Shown piece by piece: positions 35,151-46,515 of a stretch of DNA of 64,000 nt (the stretch's first letter is position 1; each line of letters begins with the position of its first letter). The translations under genes and the position numbers were made by a program. The DNA comes from Vicugna vicugna. Lineage: Eukaryota. The notes under the pieces are model-generated. The model ran no database searches. It saw nothing but the letters and a program-made list of their open reading frames with translations, and was not told where the DNA came from. The stretch is taken from the NCBI GenBank assembly GCA_013265495.1, contig MU058423.1, positions 6,238,939 through 6,302,938 of the forward strand. The letters run 5' to 3'.

Positions 35151-38100
35151 TGGGAAAAAATTACAACTAGAAATACAAAAATTATGAAAGGAAAACAATC
35201 TCACTGGTAAAGGCAAACATAGAATAAAGGTACAGATCAACCACTTGTAACACTTATAAAGCAGGATTATTAAAAGAAAAAAGTAATAAAATCATCTATA
35301 TCCATAAGAAGTATTTATTAAGGGATACACAAAAGGATGTAAAACATGAAGTCAAAAATCATTGAACATGGGTGGGGCAGTAAAAATGCAAGTTTCTAAG
35401 AATTTGTTTGAATTTAGATTATCAATATAATCACATAGATACCACAAACGAAAAGAATCCAAAGATAATGCTAAAGACAGTCATCAAATCACAAGGAAAG
35501 AGAGCAAAATAAGAAGGAACAAAAAAGAACTACAAACCGTCCAGAAAAAAATTAACAAAATGACAGTAAATACCTACCTATCAATAATCACTTTGAATGT
35601 AAATGGACAAAATGCTCCAATCAAAAGACAATGGCTGAATAAAAAATATGACCTATATATATATGATGCCTATAAGAGACTCATTTCAGATCTAAAGACA
35701 CACACAGACTGAAAGAGGGGATGAAATATGCTATTGCATGCAAATAGAAGCAGAAGAATCCATGGTGGGAATCAGACAAAATAACTTTAAAACAAAAACT
35801 GTAACAAGGAACGAAGAAAGACATGACATAATGATACAGGGATCAATCCAAAGAGAAGATATAACAACTGTAAAGATATATATATGCATCCAACAGAGGG
35901 GCACCTAAATATATAAAGCAAACATTAACAAACATAAAGGGAGAAAGTGACAGTAACACAATAATAGTAGGGAACTCTCTAACACCCCACATATATCAAT
36001 GAACAGATCCTCCAGACAGAAAATCAATAAGGAAACACTGGCCTTCAACAGCACATTAGAACTGACTTAGACTGATAGATAAATAGATATATAGACACAT
36101 AGAACATTCCATCTAAAAGCAACAGAATACACATTCTTTTCAAGTGCATGTGGAATGTTCTCCAGGATAGAACACATGCTAGCCACAAAAGAAGTCTTAA
36201 GACATTTAAGATCAAAATCATATCAAGCATCTTTTCTGATCACAAAGGTATGAGACTAGAAATAACTACAAGGAAAAGAACTGCAAAAAATACAAACACG
36301 TGGAGGATAATATGCTAACAAAGAATAAATAAAAAAAATACCTGGAGTCAAATGAAAAGGGAAACACAATGATCCAAAATCTATGGAATGCAGCAAAAGC
36401 AGTTCTAAGAGGGTAGTTTAATGCAATACAACCCTACCTGAAAAATCAACAATCTAACCTTACAGCTAAAGGAACTAAAAAAAGAAGAATAGACAAAAAC
36501 CCAAAGTCAGTGGAAGGAGAGAAATAATAAATGTCAGAGCAGAAATGAATGAAATAGAGACTGAAAAACACTAGAAAAGATCAATGAGACTAAGAGCTGG
36601 ATCTTTGAAAAGATAAACAAAATTGATAAACCTTTAGCCAGACTCATCAAAAAAAAAAAGAGAGGTCCCAAATAAATAAAATCATAAATGAAAGAGGAAA
36701 AATTACAATTGCCACCATAGAAATACAGATGACCATAGGAGATTACTATGAACAATTACATGCCAATAAAATAGACAGCCTAAAGGAAATGGATACATTC
36801 CTAGAAACATACACTCTCTCAGGACTGAACTGGGAAGAAATGGAAAATATGAACAGATCATTTACCAATATTGAAATTGAATTACTAACCAAAGAATTAC
36901 TGACAAGGAAAACTCCAAGACCGTATAATTTCACAGGTAAATTCTCCCAAATATTTAAAGAAGAATTGAAACACATCCTTCTCAAACTATTCCAAAAATA
37001 TTGATAGGAAAGAACAGTTCCAAGCCTATTCTATAAGGGTAGCATCACCCCAATAGCAAAAACAGAAAAAGACAACATAAAAAAGAAAACTATAGGCCAA
37101 TATCACTGATAAACATAGATGTAAAAATTATCAACAGAATATTAGCAAATCAAATTTAACAGCATATAAAAGGATCATTCATCATGATCAACAGACTTCT
37201 CCCAAGGAAAGGAATGCAAGAACGTTTCAATATCTACAAATCAATGTAACACATCACATTAACAAATTAAATAAAAATTAGGTGATCATCTCAATAGATG
37301 CAGAAAAATCTGTGACAAAATTCAACATCCATTTATGATAAAAACTCTCAACAAAGTGGGTATAGAGGGAACCTACCTCAATATAATAAAGGCCATAGAT
37401 GACAATCCCAAGGCTAAAATCATACTCATCAGAGAAAAGCTGAAAGTATTTCCTCTAACATCAAGAACAAGACAAGGATGCCCACTCCTGCCATTTTTAA
37501 TCAACACAATCCTGGAAGTCCTAGCCATAACAATCATAAGATAAAGTGTTAAAGTAATCTAAACTGTACAGGGAGAGGCAAAATTGTCCCTGCAGATGAC
37601 ACGGTACTACAGATAGAAAATGCTAAAGATGCCACCAAAAAACTATTAGAACTCATCTATAAATTTAGTAAAGAGGCAGGATATAAAAGTAATAAACAAA
37701 ACTCTGCCGTGTTTCTGTAAACAATAGATTATCAGAAAGACAAACTAAGAAAACAATCCCATTTACAATTTCATTAAAATATTAAAATACATAGGACTAA
37801 ATCTAACAAAGGAGGTAAAATGCCTGTACTCAAAAAAACTATAAGACATTGATGAAAGACATCACATAAACAACATAAACAAATGGAAAGATAAAGTGTG
37901 CTCAAGGATTGGAAGAATTTGTGTTGTTAAAATGCACATACTACCCAAGGCAATCTACAGATTCAATCCAATCCCTATCAAAATACTGATGGCATTTTTT
38001 ATAAGACTAGAACAAATAATTCTAAAATTTCTATGGAAACACAAAGGACTCAAAATAGCTAAAACAGTCTTAAGAAAAAAACAAAAACTGGAAGCATCAC

Positions 38101-38476
38101 ACATCCTGAGCTCAAATTATGCCACAAATACTGTAGATCAATGGAACAGAATAGAGAGCCCAGAAATAAACCCACACCTACAAGATCAATTGATCTATGG
38201 CAAAGAAGGCAGGAATATAAAATTGGAAAAAGACAGCCTTTTCAATAAACTGTCTTGAGAAAACCAGACAGCTACATGTAAAAGAATCAAAATGCTCTAC
38301 TTTCTCACAACATACATAAAAAATAAACTCAAAATTAATTAAAGACTTAAATGTAAGACCTGAAACCATAAACTCCTAGAAGAAGACATAGGCAGCATGC
38401 TCTCTGACATCAGTCTTAGTAATATTTTTTAGATCTGTCTCCTCAGGCGAGGGAAACAGGAGCAAAAATAAACAAA

Positions 38477-38737
38477 CATAGAATACAAACTTATGGTTGC
38501 CAAGGGGGCAGGGGGTGGGAAGGGATAGACTGGGATTTCAAAGTTGTAGAATAGATAAACAAGATTATACTGTATAGCACAGGGAAATATATACAAGATC
38601 TTATGGTAGCTCACAGAGAAAAAAAGAGACAATGAATATATATATATGTTCATGTATAACTGAAAAATTGTGCTGTACACTGGAATTTGACACAACATTG
38701 TAAAATGATTTTAAATCAATAAAAAATGTTTAAAAAA
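38477..38737 (+). mobile_element. Young L1 3' terminal fragment
   Basis: Aligns with 46239-46515 apart from a ~21-bp internal deletion. Ends 'caataaaaaatgtttaaaaaa'. Confidence 0.92.
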
Positions 38738-39150
38738 TGTGGTATATGCATATACAAAGGAATACTACTCAGTCACAAAAAAGATGAAACCCTGCAATTT
38801 GAGACAACATGGATGAACCTTGAAGGTATTATGTTAAGTGAAATAAGTCAGAGAAATACAAATACTGTAAGATTTCAGTCATATACAGAAAACAAATAAA
38901 TAAATATATAAGTAAACCAAATCAAGCAAAAACAAACCCATAGACAGAGAAGAGAGTAGTGGTTAGCAGAAGAGAATGGGGAGGGGCAGAGCAAAATGAG
39001 TAAAAGGGGTCAACTATATGGTGATAAATGGAAACTAAAATTTTGGTGGTAAGCATGCTGTAGTTTATTTAGAAGTCAGAATAGAATATTGTACACATGA
39101 AACTTATACAATGTTATAAACCAATAAAAATGAATTAAAATTTTAAAAAG
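38738..39150 (+). mobile_element. Older-type L1 3'UTR fragment
   Basis: 'atgtggtat...ggaatactactcag...caacatggatgaaccttgaagg...aatgttataaaccaataaaa'. A different 3'UTR type from the adjacent young fragment. Confidence 0.88.
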
Positions 39151-40821
39151 AAAAAAAAACAAATGGGATTACATCAAACAAAAAAAGGTTTTGCACAGTG
39201 AAGGAAACAAAACGAACAAAGTAACAAAACAAAACGGCAGCCTACTGAATGGGAGAAGGTATTTCCAAATGATATATCTGATAAGGGGTTAGTATCCAAA
39301 ATATAAAAAGAACTCATACAATAACATTAAAAAAAAACCTGATTAATAAATGAGCAGAGGACTGGAATAGACGTTTCCAAAGAGGACATACAGATGGCCA
39401 ACAGGCACATGACAACATGTTCAACACCACTAATCAAAAAGACAACAAAAAACAAGTTTTAGCAAGGATATGGAGGAAAGGGAAGCCTTGTGCATTGTTG
39501 GTGGGATTATAAATTGGTGTAGCCAATTATGGAAAACAGAATGGAAATTCCTCAAAAAATTAAAAATAGAATTGCCACATGACCCAGCAATTCCACTTCT
39601 GTTATTTACTCAAAGAAAACAAAAACACTAAATCAAAAAGATACATAAATTCCATTTTCATTGCACCACTATTTACAATAGCCAAGATATGAAAGCAACC
39701 GAAGTGTCCATCAATAGATGAATGGGTAAAGAAGATGTGGTATAAGGAAAGAAAGAAATATAATTAAATATTACTCAGCCATTAAAAAAAATCTTGCCAT
39801 TTACAATAACATGCATGTAATCTAGATTCCATCTAGAGGGCATTACTCTAAGTGAAATAAATCAGAGAAAGACAAATACTGTATGATCTCACTTATATGT
39901 GGAATCTAAAAAACAAAATAAACAAAATGAAAATAGATTCATAGATACAGAGAATAAACCAATCACTTTCAGAAGGGAGGGTCATGGTAGGCTGGCCAAA
40001 ATATGTGAAAGGGATTAAGAGGTACAAACCTCCAATTATATAATAAATGTCATGAGAATGTAATATACAGCATAAGAAATATGGTCAATAATACTGTAAT
40101 AACTTAGGGGACAGATAATTACTAAAATGTATCATGAGGATCATTTCATAGTGTATACAAATATCAAATCATGATGTAGTATCCTGAAACTAAATAAATA
40201 TTGTATATAAACTATATTTCAATTTAAAAAAAGTAAGCACATCCCATAAGTTCACAATATATGTTAATACGCATTGCACCTAAGAAAGTCAAGATTGAAT
40301 GATGTTAATGCGGAAGCTTTCAGATTATGCAGCACATTAATTATTACTGAATTATAAAAATATGTAATTTATTATACTACAGGATATCTAAGGAAATAGG
40401 GAAAATGGGGGAAAGTTGTATACACCTTTCTGTGTCTAAGTGCGCAAATGTGTAGCTTGAGGATAAAACTGTTCTCTGTCAAAGTCAAGAGAACTTTTCC
40501 CAAGAGTGAATTGAAGAATGGAGTTTCCCAGTAGTGGGGTCCCTAGTTAATATTTTCTTGCAGTAATGTGACATTCTTCTGGCTGTCTAATAGTTATGTG
40601 GCCACACAATAGTCTGATTTGGAATTGTCTGCATGTTAATCTCTTCAGAAACCTTGGAACAATGCAATATAAAACTACAAATTAGAATTTTTCTCTCAAT
40701 CAATGCATACAGAAAAGACCACCTTTAACAATTTACATGAGGAAATCATTTCAGTATGTGTCTGAAAGTCAAGAGGAGAAAGAATCTGATATGAAATATA
40801 TAAGGAGTCATCTATCATATG

Positions 40822-41010
40822 TATTAAGGATCATGGCTCTGGAGTCAGACCCCATAAGTTTGTAATGTAAACCTTACCATTTGCCAGTTGTGTGACCCTG
40901 AACAATTTTATTGAACCTCTTGGTCTTCCCATTTGTAAAATGGAATTAAGATTAGTAATTACTGATATTATTATGAGAGCTCCATAAGAAAATTCATGTC
41001 AATGTATGAA
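40822..41010 (+). mobile_element. MIR
   Basis: 'ggctctggagtcagac...tgtgtgaccctgaacaa...catttgtaaaatgg'. Confidence 0.8.
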
Positions 41011-41084
41011 AGAAAAGTGACAATTACTATTCTGATTGGTCTTAAAGATGATCACACTGTTTCTAAATTAAACTGTAGTGATAA

Positions 41085-41270
41085 TAAGAATGACAATAAC
41101 CCTAATAACTCCTGTTTGTCGAGTACTTGCTAGGTTCTAAAAACCTTGCATATACTAAGTCATTTAATTCTTACAACACTCGATGGATCAGCATTATTTT
41201 ACAAATGAAGAAAAGGAAGCACAGAGAAACAAAGTAATTAGCCAGGGCCACATAGCATTGCTGGGTTAAA
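41085..41270 (-). mobile_element. MIR
   Basis: 'tcatttaattcttacaacact...attttacaaatgaagaaaaggaagcacagaga..aagtaattagccagggccaca'. Confidence 0.8.
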
Positions 41271-44200
41271 GGGGTCTTACAACTGAGCAATATAATTTGG
41301 CAGCATAGAAAACAGAGTTGCTGCCATGTCTTGCTCTTGGAAACTGGAACCTTTAGGCTGCAAGCCTGCAGGGAGTAGCTACTGCCTGGGTAATGAAAAC
41401 GATGCAGCTTCATGAAGAGGCACCCTTCACAACAGCACTACTGTATCACCATACCTAGAAACTTGTTTTGTGTTTGACATCTTAGAAAACTAAGTTTTTC
41501 CATGCACAGAACAAAAAGAGTATGTGGAGAAAAAGGATCTGTTTCTATCAATGAAGACTTAAGCCACTTAATATACTTTCGTGTTTTCATGTTTCAGGTG
41601 GTAGAGAACAACGGCCCAGCGTTTTAGGAGAGTTCCATTAGATTAAAATGAGATAATAGTTATAAAACGTCTGAGAATAAAAATTAATATGTGGATGGAA
41701 TATAAGGTATCATTATTATTAATCAATTGGGAAATAATTTGTATAGGTTTATAATCTCAAACTTGAGAGAATTGCTGTTAAGACCAGTTTACAGGGAGGA
41801 CGCGTTCAAAATCTATACTTTTCCAAAGAACATTTCGAATCTGCTTCATTTTAAATTTCATTGAACTTCCTCCGACCCAGGTGTCATTTGTCCTTTCCAG
41901 CACAGACATTCATGGCTGGACGTAACTTCAGAGCCCATGTGGGGGCGACCAACAGCCGTCTCAGTAGCACTGCTTTCCTATTTGAGATTCACGTTTTTGT
42001 ACCATTTTCAACAGTTTGTGAATAAACGTTATCTCAAAGAACTTGATGAGTGATCAACTTTTAAGGGTTCACTGTTTCTTTAAATAAAAACTTTGAACTC
42101 TTGCAGAAAAAAGCACTGTTGGCTACAATTTTCAAAGTTAACTAAGTTTCTGAAGCTATTTATATTCTATGGAAAATGGAAGAAACTTTTTTTTAAATCA
42201 AAATGAGGCAAAGGCAATATGAAAACAGCATGATGTTGTGCTTGGAATGTAGCATTTCTTGAAGATTAGACAGTGCATTTTAGCACAGTCTGTATTTTTC
42301 CCTTTAAACGATTTATTTCTGCCACCACTCTATTTTGTGCTAGAGACTTTGAAAGCTGATTAAAGCCATATTGAATGGTTTGGAACAAAACTAAACAATG
42401 ATGAATTTTCAGAATGTTTTTGAGTTCAAGGCTTAAAAGTTTCCAAGGAGAAAATGCATCGCCTTATGAACTCAGCCTGTCTGGCCTCAGCATCCAACAC
42501 ACTAGAGAAAACTGAGGATTCAAATTCAGAGATGTAAACATAAGGAAATAAAATTTACAGTTTTTTCTGAAATGTTTTCTAAATGAAAAGAAACTTGGAC
42601 TTTTGCTAAATTTAAGATGATGGTGATTTTATCTGCCATTTAAACTCACTTAAGAAGTTGATACTGTATAAACTTTATTAGGAAAAATAGATTGATTTTT
42701 ATACATCTCAGCGGTAGCAGAGTAGTTCTCTAAATTTCCTCTAAATTAAGTTAGAATGATCAGACAAATTGTTAGTGTCTGGAGGCATAATATAGGAAAA
42801 ATAAGAATATCAAAGCCAGAAATGTTTACTAGTCCCTTAAATTAAATCATACTAACTCAGTCTTCCTGGGCCAGGGAGTAAATAAAGTATCTCACATGTT
42901 GTCGTGACCACTGTTTTCTACGTCGTGATATTTTTTTCACTATTTATTCTATGACTCTCCAAACTTGATCATTAGCCGGTAGTCATTTGCCACTTTAAAC
43001 ACTAGAGTGACGGAAGCCCTGTTTCAGCTTGTCTCCTGCATGATTTAGCTGGAGTTGAGGGCTGACAAGGGCGAGGAGTCACACACCTCGCCTGCGCCAG
43101 CATCTAGTGCATCATAATCAGCAGCTGTTTGGGGCCCTTAGCTTCTTACCAGTGCATCGAGGGGAAATATTTCTTTCAGGGGACTTCCCTTAACACAGAC
43201 TCTTTCTGCAGTGAAGCTATAAAACAGTGTTGAGTACTTCCTCATCTGAAACCATTATCTCTACAACTAGCTCAAATACCTTGACTGTTTCTTATTTCAG
43301 AATTAGTGCTTTCTCCCCCTAAATACTGCTTTTTCATCTCCTCCTGCTTCAGCTGTAAGGATGGGCAGTTTCCTCGTATTTTGCCATCAAGTTTCCTAAC
43401 GGAGAAACAGCCTGCAGAGTACAAGACTCTGCCTCTCTTACATCTTGCTTTAAGAAATAGAATATAATAACCATAAGCAGGCAGTGAGTCATCCTGTCTT
43501 TTTTTTTTTTTTCAGTCCTCTTTCCTCTCTCTGGTACCTGTTCTTCAATTTTTCACTTCCCAATTGCAAGCACTCATTAATAGAAAAAGATAAGACGTTC
43601 AAATTCCTTCTCTCTTTCCCGAACCTTCCAGCCTATAGGGCCCTCTTTCACTCGTCTTTGTATCACAAGCGCACAGAACAAATCATGTTCACTGCCGGCA
43701 GACGTGGTTAGAAATTTTATATTTAAATTTGAAGTTGCATACAATGCTCATTATGACCTGCATCAAAGTGCTGGGTAAGAAGGACACAATACAACAGATT
43801 CCTGCTTCACGTGCAGTTGGCCTGGTGTATTAGCAATTCTTAATCCTCAATTCTGTAAGGTACTTTTCAAACCTGCAAGTTACTCTTTTAGTGTCCAAAG
43901 TCTAATAGTTTGGGACCAATTCTGAAAAAATAAAATAAAAAAATCATGAGTCCAGAAATGTCCTTAAGAATAATGTTCATGTATTTTTAAAACATTTAAA
44001 ATACTCTAAGACTAATATTAAAAGAACTATATTTTCTCAATTCTGCCAGCAAAAACTAGAACATTTTGATAACTAGTTTAATGATGATAAACAAAATTAT
44101 AGTATTTTATATTTTTCAGTCATTATCTGCCCAAACTACCCATGTTCTAGAAGACAGTTTCTAGCCAATGCAAATTTAAAAATGAAATTTTAAAAGCTCT

Positions 44201-45215
44201 AATATAATTTTACTTAATTATCTTATAAGGCAAATAGATTCAATTTTATTGTGCATAAATGAGTCTCTCTATGCTCATTTAAGTCTTCATCATCTTTCAA
44301 TTTAGAAGTAATAGAACATTAGTAATTCTTCCCTAATATTGTATTTCTATAAACCTTGGGTACTTACTGCCATCAGACTATAATTTGTACCAACAAAGTC
44401 ATGGCCAGTTTTAAAAGAACTAGAACAGCTGGGTTATTTGGAATATCCCCTTAATGTGATAGGACGAAAAACATGTTTTGAACATTTGAATATCAACTTG
44501 TAAGTCAGAACTTTCCCACCATCATTTATTTCTATTTTTTGTCTGTGTCTTCTTGCAAGTCTGAAATAAAAATGCTAATGTATTTTAAAAGGTTAATGGT
44601 TGCCTAAGTGGTCCATAAAATAGAAACTTAAACATAGCAGCTTGCAAAATTTAATGAGAGGGCAAACACAAGTTCACCTTGTCTTTTTATCTTCCTTAGC
44701 TGTGTCGTCTAGAGACCTGTAAAAGGTCTGAAGATGATTATATCAACTGCAGGATTAGGCGACATAGGCCCCATGCAGATGAAATGGTTCAACGTCTATG
44801 CACTTGGGGGTTTACGTGGCAGAGTATGTGGGCTTCACTCAGAGGGCAAACACATATTCCTGATGTCTGTGGGACCATGAGGATAACTATCAGGCTCTGA
44901 CTTCCATCCATCATTTTTATACCTGAAGAAAGCCTGCCTCCTGCCTGATGACTGCAGGAGAACTGAAGTCAGTGGAGCTACTTGTCTTAACAGCTCTCAG
45001 TCAAAGCACTAAACCCCTCAAGAACTGAGACCCCGGAATGAAACTAAGTGGGACATTTTGCTTTATTTTCAGCTGTTGTGCATCTTTGAGCATCCCCAAA
45101 TAAGGATATTAATAGTAATGATAACCCATTTAGCCAAATGCTTTAACATGTGGTGATGTTAAAATTATGCCTGAAACACTTTATTTTTATTTTACTTTCT
45201 AATATAATTCTGGAT

Positions 45216-45644
45216 TTGTGGTTTTCAATTGGGAGTGTGCGCCTCTGCCCACCCCCCACCCCCCCATTCAAGTAGAATTGCTAGATTTAAAATAAAAATA
45301 TAGGATGCTTAGTTATATTTGAATTTTGGATATTTTTAAAAAATAACTCTGATCTATGCAGTATTTGGGATATGTGTAAATTTTATAAAATACAAACTTT
45401 GGTTATCTGAAACAAATTTAAGTGGGAAATCTGCATTGTATCTGGCAACCCTATGGGTCACAGAGGACATCTGACAATGTCCAGAGACATCTCTGTCACA
45501 TCCGGGGAGGGAGGTGCTACTGCCTTCTTGTGGGTGGAGGCCAGGGATACTCTAAACATCCTTCAGTGCACAAAACAGACTCTCATAACAAAGACTAAAT
45601 AATCCAGCCCCAAGTGACAGGATTGCTGAGCTTGAGAAGCCCTC
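45216..45644 (+). mobile_element. MER20 hAT-Charlie MITE, interrupted by MER53
   Basis: 'gtggttttcaa' start, 'ggacatctgacaatgtccagagacat...gtgctactg...gggtggaggccaggga..ctaaacatcct', 'ttgagaagccct' end. Confidence 0.88.
45273..45453. mobile_element. MER53-like palindromic hAT MITE
   Basis: 'tagaattgctagattt..aataaaaatataggatg..cttagttatatttgaatt' and the mirror arm 'ttatctgaaacaaatttaagtggg..tatctggcaacccta'. Confidence 0.85.
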
Positions 45645-46029
45645 TGTCGATTATAACAGGAGGTTTAGTACCTAACCATTAAGACTAGTTCTTGCTATAT
45701 TTTGGGCATTAGATTGTTCTGCTTTTAGAGCAGGTTCTAGATACTTCTGGAAAGCAAGTGGTTAGAAAGATAGCAATAAGTAGGGGAGTAATGGTGCAGA
45801 AGAGAAAGAAACCATTGATGGGGATGTTTGGTGAGAGTTGGTGAATTTGAAGAGAAAATTATTTATCTACTGAAAGCATTTGGCAGCACTGCAGAGTGGT
45901 ATGGCTGCTAGAGGACTTCCCAGTCAACTGAAAAATAATAAATGAATATTAAGGGGTTATCAGGAGATTACCTATTTTTATTATTACTAAAACTTTCCTC
46001 TATAGCACTAAATTAAAATTTGGTTGATG

Positions 46030-46515
46030 GATGTGGTATATTTATACAATGGAATACTATTCAGCCATAAAAATTGACAACATAACGCCACTTGCAGCAA
46101 CATGGATATCCCTGGAGAATGTCATTCTAAGTGAAGTAAGCCAGAAAGAGAAAGAAAAATACCATATGAGGTCGTGCATATGTGGAATCTAAAAAAAAAA
46201 AATGAACATAAAATACAAAACAGAAACAGAATCATAGACATAGAATACAAACTTGTGGTTGCCAAGGAGGCAGGGGGTGGGAAGGGACAGACTGGGATTT
46301 CAAAATTTGTAGATACTGACAGGCATATGCAGAATAGATTAAAAAGATTATACTGTATAGCACAGGGAAATATATACAAGATACTGTGGTAACTCACAGT
46401 GAAAAAAATGTGACAATGAATATATGTATGTTCATGTATAACTGAAAATTTGTGCTCTCCACTGGAATATGACACAACATTGTAAAATGACTATAACTCA
46501 ATAAAAAATGTTAAA
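46030..46515 (+). mobile_element. Young 5'-truncated L1 with complete 3'UTR
   Basis: Perfect 15-bp TSD aaaatttggttgatg (46015-46029 / 46516-46530) at a TT/AAAA endonuclease site. AATAAA close to the 3' end. Confidence 0.96.

Larger units (their letters stand above)
35560..39770 (+). pseudogene. Decayed L1 ORF2p (EN, RT, C-terminal), split by a nested insertion
   Basis: ATG at 35560 followed by 'atcactttgaatgtaaatgga' (ITLNVNG). 'TRQGCPLLP', 'gcagatgac' (ADD of the RT catalytic motif, ~37592), 'LPKAIYRFNPIPIKI', 'DQWNRIESPEINP'. Confidence 0.88.
33343..40227 (+). mobile_element. Full-length decayed LINE-1 (5'UTR, ORF1, long spacer, ORF2, 3'UTR), interrupted at 38477-39150
   Basis: 5' end 'gaggtatggtcaagattgctg'. 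ORF1 from 34309, ORF2 from 35560, 3' end 'tatatttcaatttaaaaaaa'. Possible degenerate TSD aaagaggaggcaca (33329-33342) / aaaaagtaagcaca (40228-40241), 11/14 identical. Confidence 0.93.

Noticed and set aside
33343..40227. Possibility of an active or domesticated L1
   Set aside because: Both ORFs have many stops, frameshifts and deletions plus a nested insertion, and the 5'UTR is CpG-depleted.
44676..44900. Strong plus-strand acceptor (cttgtctttttatcttccttag) followed by ~66 open codons
   Set aside because: Unrecognised peptide, no convincing donor, and opposite to the inferred host orientation.
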